Positions 1 to 7,690 of a stretch of DNA of 20,332 nt are shown here, in pieces. The translations under genes and the position numbers were made by a program. A model generated the notes under the pieces. The model worked only from the letters and a program-made list of their open reading frames with translations, was not told where the DNA came from and searched no databases. Position 1 is the stretch's first letter, and each line of letters begins with the position of its first letter. Source of the stretch: Synechococcus sp. (GTDB lineage Bacteria; Cyanobacteriota; Cyanobacteriia; Thermostichales; PCC-7336); the NCBI GenBank assembly GCA_051439425.1, contig JBFRWD010000154.1, positions 1-20,332 on the forward strand, given 5' to 3'.

Positions 1-540
1 GAGCTGGGACAACTCGCCAATTTGACGAGGCTTGACCTCGACAACAATCAACTGAGCAAGGTGCCCAAAGAACTGGGGCAACTCGCCAATCTAACAGTGC
101 TTTTCCTCTACAACAATCAACTGAGCAAGGTGCCCAAAGAACTGGGACAGCTCACCAATTTAACGGAGCTTTTCCTCTACGGCAACCAACTGAGTGAGGT
201 ACCCCAAGAGCTGGGAAAACTCGCCAATCTGGAGAGGCTTCGCCTCGATATAAATCGGTTGAGGGAAGTGCCCAAAGAACTGGGACAACTCGCCAATTTG
301 ACGAGGCTTGACCTCGACAACAATCAACTGAGGGAGGTGCCCAAAGAATTGGGACAGCTTGCCAATCTAACAGTGCTTTACCTCTACAACAACCAACTGA
401 GTGAGGTACCCAAAGAGCTGGGACAACTCGTCAATCTGCAGCAGCTTAGTCTCGAAAACAATAAACTGAGCGAAGTTCCCAAGGAACTGGGACAACTCAT
501 CAATCTGACGGAGCTTGAACTCACGAACAATCCACTCAAT
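1..540 (+). repeat. Tandem 69-bp LRR-coding repeats (7 complete units plus a partial 8th)
   Basis: Units start at 1, 70, 139, 208, 277, 346, 415, 484. Consensus ELGQLANLxxLxLxxNQLSEVPK. Units 1 and 5 are identical at 66/69 nt. Confidence 0.97.
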
Positions 541-2883
541 CCCGAACTTGCAGCTGCCTATAGGCAGGGATTAGACGCGGTTAAAACCTATCTCCAAGCC
601 CAAACCGAAGAACAAATTGTGTTGAATGAAGCGAAGCTGGTTTTGATCGGGGAGGGGGAAGTTGGTAAGACCAGCCTATTGGGAGCGCTGCGAGGCGATG
701 CCTGGGTCGAAAACCGCGAGACCACCCACGGGGTTGAGGTGGATATTAAATCGCTGATGGTTAGCGATGCTGGCAGCGGAACAGAAGTCACCTTTAATGG
801 CTGGGACTTTGGCGGCCAAAATATCTATCGTCATACCCACCAGCTCTTCTTCACTGCCCCTGCCATCTATCTCGCCGTGTGGAATCCCCGCCGAGGCCCA
901 GAACAATGTCGGGTGGATGAATGGATCGAAATGGTCAAACATCGGGCCTATGACGATACCCAACCCGACGCCAAGCCCTACATCTTTGTTGTTGCCACCC
1001 ACGGCGGTCCCAAAGAACGGCTCGATCACATCGACGAACAGACCCTAAAGGATGAATTTGGTGACTTAATCATCGGCTTCCACCATGTGGATAGCAAAAC
1101 TGGCCACCAGCTTGATGACCTCAAACAGCTGATTGCCCACACCGCCGCCAACATCCCTCAGGTCGGTCGCACTGTTCCCGCCAGTTGGAAGCGGGTGTTG
1201 GACGCCATTCGCCAACACAGCCAAACTGACGCCTGGATAACCTACGAGCAATTCCAATCCCTCTGTGCAGAACAAGACGTCGATCTAACGCTGGCGAAAA
1301 CCTATGCCGCCATCCTCAACGAGCTAGGCCACCTAATCCATTACAGCGCCGACCCCGTGCTTAAGGATACGGTAATCCTCAAGCCCGAATGGCTCAGCAA
1401 AGCCATCAGCTTTGTACTGGAAGATAAGCAGGTTAAAGACCAAAACGGCCTGGTGCGCCACAATCGCCTCAGCCACTTGTGGAACGATCCAGCCCGAGGA
1501 GAGGACCGTTATCCAGAGCGCCTTCACCCCGTGTTTCGCAAGCTGATGGAACGCTTCGATCTGTCCTATCAAGTGGATCTACCAGAGGCCGACGCCCCAC
1601 CTACCAGCCTGCTGGCCCAACTGGTGCCCAGTAAGCGCCCCGATAATTGGCAACAAGATTGGGTATTGAAAACAGGGGATACGGAACGCACCCACATTTG
1701 TCGCATGCTCGACAAAGACACCGGACGCACTGTTGAAACCGAAGGGCTAATGTACCGCCTGATTGTGCGTCTCTACCGCTATTCCCTCGGTCGTCAAAAC
1801 TACTACAACAGCCGCCATTGGAAAAATGGACTCATCCTCGATGACGGTTTCAACGGTCGTGCCTTTATTGAAGAAATTGGCGGCGATGTTTATGTCACCG
1901 TGCGTGCCGCCTATCCCAGCGGCTTCTTGAGTCACCTTTGCTCCGAAATTGAATGGTTGGTGAAATCCTTTTGGAAAGGTATCGACCCCCGACTGTACAT
2001 TCCCTGCCCCACTGAAAGATGCAAGGGCGTACTGGAGCGAGACGAAATCTTAGAGTTTAAAAATCAGGGCATGCCCAAAGTTCGCTGTTCCGTCTGCAAA
2101 ACCTTTCACGATATCGATGGGCTGATCGCCACCAGTGCCGCCAAACCCGAATGGCAAGTCGCCGTTGCCGAACTCAAACAATGTCAACAGAACATTATTA
2201 ATGCTGTCGAGCACGGTGTCGATTCCCTCAACGTCCAGCTCAAAACCCTAATGAGCCAAGCTGACGAACAATACGAAGCCCTGCTCACCACCCTTACCGA
2301 CTTCGCCAAAGATGGCCCCCGTCTCTTTAGTTTGGAACCTCTCGACCCTGGATCTTGGGACAAACCCAATTGGGTTGCTCAAAAGTTTCGACTCACACTT
2401 TGGTGCGAACATCGTCGGTTGCCACTGCCGGTACTGAATGGTGAAGGCGATACCAGCGGTGTTTACGAACTAGAAATCACCCGTGACTGGCTCAAGCGAG
2501 CCTCGCCACTGCTCCGGGTTATGTCGGTAACCCTGAAACTCGCACTACCGATCGCCATTCCGGGCACAACGCTAGCCACCGATGACGCTGAATATAAAGG
2601 CATTGCCGAACAACTCGAATTTGGCGTCAAATCCGGGAATTCATTTCTTTCAGGCGGAGAAAAAATCGGCGATTGGCTCGTTGAAGGTGATGCTGCCGAT
2701 ATGGATCGAACCAGCAGCAATACCAAAGATGTCTTTCGCGCCCAAGGTTCTGCCCTGCGCGAACTTCACGCCCTCTTAAAAGAAAAAGATCCAGCTAGCA
2801 GCTTTGGTGGCCTAGTACGCGTGCAAAATAAACGCCGACAATTCCTCTGGGTCCACCCCGATTACGTGAGCGAATACTCTTAA
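1..2883 (+). CDS. Roco-family protein (LRR-Roc GTPase-COR-Zn ribbon-C-terminal domain), 5'-truncated by the window edge
   Basis: Frame is open from base 1 (ELGQLAN...), so the TTG at 22 is not the true start. About 8 23-aa LRRs, then P-loop GEGEVGKTS (649-675), G2 TTHGV, G3 WDFGGQ (802-819), COR motifs (LNELGHLIHY, VILKPEWLSKAI, LMERFDLSY), CxxxxC..CxxC, stop TAA 2881-2883. Confidence 0.93.
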   Translation, partial: ELGQLANLTRLDLDNNQLSKVPKELGQLANLTVLFLYNNQLSKVPKELGQLTNLTELFLYGNQLSEVPQELGKLANLERLRLDINRLREVPKELGQLANLTRLDLDNNQLREVPKELGQLANLTVLYLYNNQLSEVPKELGQLVNLQQLSLENNKLSEVPKELGQLINLTELELTNNPLNPELAAAYRQGLDAVKTYLQAQTEEQIVLNEAKLVLIGEGEVGKTSLLGALRGDAWVENRETTHGVEVDIKSLMVSDAGSGTEVTFNGWDFGGQNIYRHTHQLFFTAPAIYLAVWNPRRGPEQCRVDEWIEMVKHRAYDDTQPDAKPYIFVVATHGGPKERLDHIDEQTLKDEFGDLIIGFHHVDSKTGHQLDDLKQLIAHTAANIPQVGRTVPASWKRVLDAIRQHSQTDAWITYEQFQSLCAEQDVDLTLAKTYAAILNELGHLIHYSADPVLKDTVILKPEWLSKAISFVLEDKQVKDQNGLVRHNRLSHLWNDPARGEDRYPERLHPVFRKLMERFDLSYQVDLPEADAPPTSLLAQLVPSKRPDNWQQDWVLKTGDTERTHICRMLDKDTGRTVETEGLMYRLIVRLYRYSLGRQNYYNSRHWKNGLILDDGFNGRAFIEEIGGDVYVTVRAAYPSGFLSHLCSEIEWLVKSFWKGIDPRLYIPCPTERCKGVLERDEILEFKNQGMPKVRCSVCKTFHDIDGLIATSAAKPEWQVAVAELKQCQQNIINAVEHGVDSLNVQLKTLMSQADEQYEALLTTLTDFAKDGPRLFSLEPLDPGSWDKPNWVAQKFRLTLWCEHRRLPLPVLNGEGDTSGVYELEITRDWLKRASPLLRVMSVTLKLALPIAIPGTTLATDDAEYKGIAEQLEFGVKSGNSFLSGGEKIGDWLVEGDAADMDRTSSNTKDVFRAQGSALRELHALLKEKDPASSFGGLVRVQNKRRQFLWVHPDYVSEYS

Positions 2884-3156
2884 CCCTTCAATGTTCGTCC
2901 GGGAAATATGGCGTGATGCCTTTTGACCCAATCTTCAAGTTGGGACACGTTCTAGCGATCTCGATCGCATGCTCGTGAAAGCACCACTCGGCCCTCAGTG
3001 CAGCGAATCTGCTTAACACAATGCAGCCAAAAACACTGTGACGCCATCGCTACTGCATAACTCGACAGTTCAGCTAGTTATAGATGGATAGCTACACGCC
3101 AAAGTCATTTGTCCTTCCATTTATTTCGCACGCACTGACGTGGAGGCACCCTATCC

Positions 3157-4476
3157 ATGCGCACTGTTACCCTGCACGCATTCAATTGGAAATACCAAGA
3201 CATTATTGATAGCCTGCCAACCATTCGTGAAACCGGCTACGGCGCAATCTTAATTCCCCCACCCCTCTACTCCGACCCCAATGGCGATGCCTGGTGGCAA
3301 CGTTACCAACCCAAAGATTATCGAGTGCTGTTGTCTCACCTAGGCGGCAAAAAAGACCTAGAAGAGCTGATCGAACTCTGCCATACCGGTACCCCCCAAA
3401 TCCGGGTCTACGCCGACCTAGTAATCAACCACATGGCCAACGAAGCCCGCGAAGACCGCTTGAAATTTCCCGGCGAAGCGGAGCTAGAACTCTACAAAAA
3501 GAACCCCGAACTTTACGAGGAAAACCGCCTCTACGGTGATCTCAGCACCGGGTTATTTTCCCCACATGACTTTAACCGGGCGGGTGAGATTGATGGCCAT
3601 GAATGGGGCGATCGCGACGCTGTTCAGTATCAAAACCTATCCGGTTTGCCCGACCTTCAAGATTCAGACTACGTGCTGGAACAGCAACACATTATGGTGA
3701 CGGCTCTGGCCGATATGGGATTTGACGGATTTCGAGTGGATGCCATCAAGCACATTACCGAGCGGATGGTGGATAACTTGGCCGATAGACCCGCACTGAG
3801 AAACAAATTTTGGTTCGGGGAAGTGCTCACCGGCAGCGACCACGACGAGAAGGTTTTTCTAGAGCCGTTCTTACGGGAAACCTGGATGTCAGCCTATGAC
3901 TTCCCCCTGTTCACTACCATTCGGGAAGCCTTTGGCTTTGGGGGGTCGTTGAGATTGCTGGTTGATCCAGGGGCTTACGGCAATGCCCTTCCCTGGAACC
4001 GTGCCGTCACCTTCGCCGTCACCCACGACATTCCCCATAACGAAGGGTTTCGCTACAACATCCTAGACCCCCAAGATGAACACTTGGCCTACGCCTACAT
4101 CTTTGGCCGAGATGGCGGCGTTCCCTTGATTTACACCGACCATGACGAATCCCCCAGAGATGGAAAGCGCTGGTACGACATCTACAAACGCCCCGACGTT
4201 GTGGCCATGATTCGGTTCCATAACGCAGTGCAGGGGGAGGAGATGGCCATGCTGTACGAAAGCGACGAACTATTAATCTTCCGCCGAGGCGATCGGGGTA
4301 TTGTCGCCATCAATAAAGGGGGCTCCGAACGGTGGGTGGACTTCAGCACCTGGGGCTTAAAGAATCCGGGCACCTATCGTGATTCGATCCACAGTCACGA
4401 AATGACATTGTCCGGCGATCGATTCACCCTGTATGTGCCACCCCGTTCCGCTCAAATGTGGTTGTCTCAGGGCTAA
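3157..4476 (+). CDS. Alpha-amylase, glycoside hydrolase family 13 (resembles Aeromonas/Vibrio-type GH13_27), no signal peptide
   Basis: GH13 conserved regions DLVINH, GFRVDAIKH (nucleophile Asp), FGEVL (Glu), FAVTHD (Asp); WWQRYQP; GGAGG RBS at 3142-3146. Confidence 0.92.
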   Translation: MRTVTLHAFNWKYQDIIDSLPTIRETGYGAILIPPPLYSDPNGDAWWQRYQPKDYRVLLSHLGGKKDLEELIELCHTGTPQIRVYADLVINHMANEAREDRLKFPGEAELELYKKNPELYEENRLYGDLSTGLFSPHDFNRAGEIDGHEWGDRDAVQYQNLSGLPDLQDSDYVLEQQHIMVTALADMGFDGFRVDAIKHITERMVDNLADRPALRNKFWFGEVLTGSDHDEKVFLEPFLRETWMSAYDFPLFTTIREAFGFGGSLRLLVDPGAYGNALPWNRAVTFAVTHDIPHNEGFRYNILDPQDEHLAYAYIFGRDGGVPLIYTDHDESPRDGKRWYDIYKRPDVVAMIRFHNAVQGEEMAMLYESDELLIFRRGDRGIVAINKGGSERWVDFSTWGLKNPGTYRDSIHSHEMTLSGDRFTLYVPPRSAQMWLSQG

Positions 4477-4677
4477 CTCCTACGACCACTCATTTCTCTG
4501 TAATTCATGCTGATGGTAGGCGACGTTGCCACCCTCCATCAGCCCTCACAATCTTGGTTGAGTTTTTATAGTGCTCGACAATCCGCGATGGAGTGCGACC
4601 CAACCACTGTTCCTCCCAAACAAAGATTTGAGCTATTTCCAAACTCCAGACCATACAGCCGATTGCCGCAGCAGAAG

Positions 4678-4704
4678 AAAAACCTCTTGTCCTAAGACAA
4701 GAGG
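4678..4704 (-). terminator. Intrinsic terminator on the minus strand
   Basis: Perfect 9-bp stem CCTCTTGTC-ctaa-GACAAGAGG (4683-4704) with AAAAA at 4678-4682, a U-tract on the minus strand, about 110 nt after the psb34-like stop. Confidence 0.8.
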
Positions 4705-4812
4705 CCTGGAGTGTGACATTCAAGGTGAAGGTAAACGTGCAAATCTGTTCAGTTGCCGCCCGCTAGCTCGATCGCCGAATCGAATATCGCGCTTAGCAAC
4801 CCGAATAAAAAG

Positions 4813-4980
4813 CTAGCTAACGCCAAAGGCCGTCAGGATTAGAGTCACGACCAGTAATACCGCCCCAGCCCCTTGCAGCGCGTACACCTGCTGCTCGCCT
4901 TTGGTCGGATAAGTGGCGACGTAGGCCTTAGGCATATCGGCATAGTTGTTAGCGACACCGTTCTCATCGAAGCGATACAT
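4813..4980 (-). CDS. psb34: Ssl1498/Psb34-family small membrane protein (PSII assembly factor-like), 55 aa
   Basis: MYRFDENGVANNYADMPKAYVATYPTKGEQQVYALQG followed by a C-terminal TM helix ending TAFGVS fits the family pattern (G.lNNYA..P..Y.A.YP...QQ..Y..QG). ATG at 4980 has an upstream GGAGG; the longer 5025 start lacks support. Confidence 0.82.
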   Translation of the reverse strand: MYRFDENGVANNYADMPKAYVATYPTKGEQQVYALQGAGAVLLVVTLILTAFGVS

Positions 4981-5004
4981 AGTGGCCTCCGGGGTGGGCT
5001 GCTT

Positions 5005-5022
5005 TATGTAAATTAATGCAAA
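5005..5022 (-). promoter_or_regulatory. Putative HLR1 (RpaB-binding) direct repeat
   Basis: Minus strand reads TTTGCATT-aa-TTTACATA against the consensus (G/T)TTACA(T/A)(T/A)-N2-repeat, one mismatch in total, about 25 nt upstream of the psb34-like ATG. Confidence 0.6.
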
Positions 5023-5290
5023 CAATCATTGACTAATTGACAATCACCCAAAAGGTTGAATGTCCGATTAAGCAGTCGAACCGTTCACACCGAACAGAGT
5101 CCTCTATTCACCAATGTTGTCCATACAGGTGATGTCCCTTCAATTGCACGCACCCGAATTCTGACCGGCCCCTTTCACAACCAATTCCGCTTATTTCAGG
5201 CGAGACACAAAATCAAATCCGTCTGCAAAATAGCCGCATCCGATCGAATTCTGTAGCATGGCATGATAAGAGCGGTGCACTTCGCAATCC

Positions 5291-7468
5291 ATGAGTTCTG
5301 AAGTCCAGTTGAATTCCGACTCGTCCGCCGCCGAACTGCCGCAGACTGATGCGTCGCAGTCGCAATCTTCAGCGCCCCCAGACTTGTCACCAGAACAGTC
5401 ACTGTCAGAACAGCCGCCAGCGGAGTCACCGTCAGGCACACCTTCAGACTCCCCCGCTTCAGTCCCCGAATCCAACTCGCCTGCAGCCGACTCTACCCCT
5501 CCCGAGGTATCTGAGAAAGCTGCCAGTAAAGCGACCGGAGACTCGAAATCAACCGGCGTGTTTGCCTCCTTTTGGCAGTGGTGGCAAGACTACAGCCGCG
5601 AACTACGCCTGGAAACTCGCCTATTGTTCGCCGCCACACTGGCCGTGTCGATCGTCATCAGCGGCTTCACCTTTTGGGCAGTAGATACCATTCAGCGGGA
5701 TGCCCAGCTAAACGACACTCGATTTGGAAAAGATCTGGCTCTGCTGTTAGCTGCCGATGTTGCCCCATTGGTCGCCGACGGAGAGGAGTCTCAAGTCGCC
5801 CAGCTCTCCCGTCGATATTTCCAAAGCACCTCCAGCATTCGCTATTTGTTATACGCCAACCCCGATGGAGACATCTATTACGGAATTCCATTTTCCAGTG
5901 CCGACCTCAGCACTTCACTGACCATCAGTCGCCGCTTGCAATTACCGGAAGGTCGCCGTCCCCAAGAAGGGGTGCCGTTGGTGCGATCGCACGAAACCCC
6001 GGAAGGACGAGTGACGGATATCTTTGTGGGAATTTACGAAGATGCTCGCTTCCTCGGCACGCTAGGACTGGGAATCAACCCCAATTCACTCGTCTTGCGA
6101 TCGTCCAGTCTGACCAGCAACGTCACCACTGGCGTGTTTGTGGCTGTATGGGTGCTGGCCATTTTAGGTGCCGTGTTCAATGCTCTCACCATTACCCAGC
6201 CCCTCAAAGAGTTGGTTAGTGGCGTCCAAGGGATTGCTTCTGGTAATTTTCAGCAGCGCATCAATTTGCCCTTTGGAGGCGAACTGGGGCAGCTCATTTC
6301 CAGTTTTAATCGGATGGCAGAACGATTACAGAGCTACGAAGAACAGAACATTGAAGAGCTGACTGCCGAGAAGGCGAAGCTAGAAACTCTGGTATCCACC
6401 ATTGTGGATGGGGCATTGCTAATCGGTCCCGATCTAGAGATCCTGCGGGTCAACCCGGCAGCGTTACGCATGTTCAACTGGGAGGGTAAAGCGATCGCCG
6501 GTCAACCGGTACTGGATTACCTGCCCGACCCGCTGCGACTGGAAATTGCCGATCCTCTCTACGAGATGATGGCGGGCGATCGCGAGGGAGAGGAATTCCG
6601 CATTACCTTATCCGAACCCACGCGGCGAGTCATACGAGTCCTGCTCTCTACGGTGCTGGATCGAACGCGAGCCAATCTGAAAGGGATTGTGATGACCGTT
6701 CAAGACATTACTCGCGAAGCCTCACTCAACGAAGCCCAGAGCCAATTCATTAGTAACGTCAGTCACGAACTCCGCACTCCGCTGTTCAATATCAAATCCT
6801 TTATTGAAACTCTGCAAGAGTTTGGCGAACAAATCAGCCCGGAGGAACGTCACGATTTTCTCGATACGGCCAATCGCGAGACCGATCGGCTGACTCGCCT
6901 GGTGAACGATGTTCTGGATTTGTCCCGCTTGGAGTCCGGGCGTCACTACCATTTTGATGCGATCGACATTGCCGATCCAATCGAACAAACATTGCGCACC
7001 TACCGGCTCAACGCCCGCGATAAAGGCATCGAGATTCAGCACGAACTAGAGGATGACCTGCCGCTGGTTTGGGGCAACTACGACTTGCTGCTACAGGTGT
7101 TCACCAACTTAGTTGGCAACGCACTGAAATTTACTCCCTCAGGTGGAGCCGTAACGATTCGAGTCTCCTCTCACCAACTCGATCGCCCCGGTCGACAGAC
7201 CGTTCGCGTTGCTGTCGTTGACACGGGCATCGGCATCGAAAAAGATGCCCAGATCAATATTTTCGATCGCTTTTTCCGAGCCGAAAACCGCGTCCATACC
7301 CTGGAGGGCACTGGCTTAGGGCTATCGATTGTCCGCAATATTTTAGAAAAACATCATACTCAAGTTCGAGTAGAGAGCGAACCGGGACAAGGCAGTACGT
7401 TTTGGTTTGACCTCCACCCTTACAACTCCGTCGAACCGGATACCTGCTCAATTGCCGCCCGTGCCTAA
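5291..7468 (+). CDS. nblS: Sensor histidine kinase NblS/Hik33 (DspA): 2 TM-HAMP-PAS-HisKA-HATPase
   Basis: Signatures TFWAVDTIQRDAQLNDTRFGKDLALLLAA and YEEQNIEELTAEKAKLETLV; H-box SHELRTPL, N-box NLVGNALKF, DTGIGI, GTGLGLSI. Start uncertain (S/P-rich N-terminal extension). Confidence 0.92.
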   Translation: MSSEVQLNSDSSAAELPQTDASQSQSSAPPDLSPEQSLSEQPPAESPSGTPSDSPASVPESNSPAADSTPPEVSEKAASKATGDSKSTGVFASFWQWWQDYSRELRLETRLLFAATLAVSIVISGFTFWAVDTIQRDAQLNDTRFGKDLALLLAADVAPLVADGEESQVAQLSRRYFQSTSSIRYLLYANPDGDIYYGIPFSSADLSTSLTISRRLQLPEGRRPQEGVPLVRSHETPEGRVTDIFVGIYEDARFLGTLGLGINPNSLVLRSSSLTSNVTTGVFVAVWVLAILGAVFNALTITQPLKELVSGVQGIASGNFQQRINLPFGGELGQLISSFNRMAERLQSYEEQNIEELTAEKAKLETLVSTIVDGALLIGPDLEILRVNPAALRMFNWEGKAIAGQPVLDYLPDPLRLEIADPLYEMMAGDREGEEFRITLSEPTRRVIRVLLSTVLDRTRANLKGIVMTVQDITREASLNEAQSQFISNVSHELRTPLFNIKSFIETLQEFGEQISPEERHDFLDTANRETDRLTRLVNDVLDLSRLESGRHYHFDAIDIADPIEQTLRTYRLNARDKGIEIQHELEDDLPLVWGNYDLLLQVFTNLVGNALKFTPSGGAVTIRVSSHQLDRPGRQTVRVAVVDTGIGIEKDAQINIFDRFFRAENRVHTLEGTGLGLSIVRNILEKHHTQVRVESEPGQGSTFWFDLHPYNSVEPDTCSIAARA

Positions 7469-7690
7469 ATTCCAGAAGAATCGGTCAATTCTCCCATAGC
7501 TCGCTTGTGATAGAGCGGATACAAGTATGTGTAGCGAGTGAACCAGTAACGTCGGTTTCTATTTCGCTAGTTTCCACCTGAACGTCTTCAGTGGGATTGC
7601 CTTATCGTTGCGGCAGCTTCCCTTCGCAAGGACGAGTTCGTTACTTCGATCTGACTGTATTGCCATAACATCCCCTCCTTCGGGTTTGAC

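Noticed and set aside
22..24. TTG start of the Roco ORF
   Set aside because: It falls mid-repeat and the frame is open to base 1; the true start is outside the window.
1..540. CRISPR array
   Set aside because: The repeats are in-frame 69-bp units coding LRRs, with no unique spacers and no cas genes.
1..2883. Absence of HIP1 in the Roco gene as proof of horizontal transfer
   Set aside because: At about 13 sites per 20 kb only about 2 are expected, and the core gene mrdA also appears to have none.
4505..4816. Short ORFs (62-81 aa) between the amylase and psb34-like genes
   Set aside because: No recognisable motifs or RBS, mutually overlapping, and crossing the terminator.
5572..6219. 215-aa alternative-frame ORF inside nblS
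   Set aside because: Arg/Pro/His-rich off-frame translation with no motifs, fully overlapping a conserved gene.
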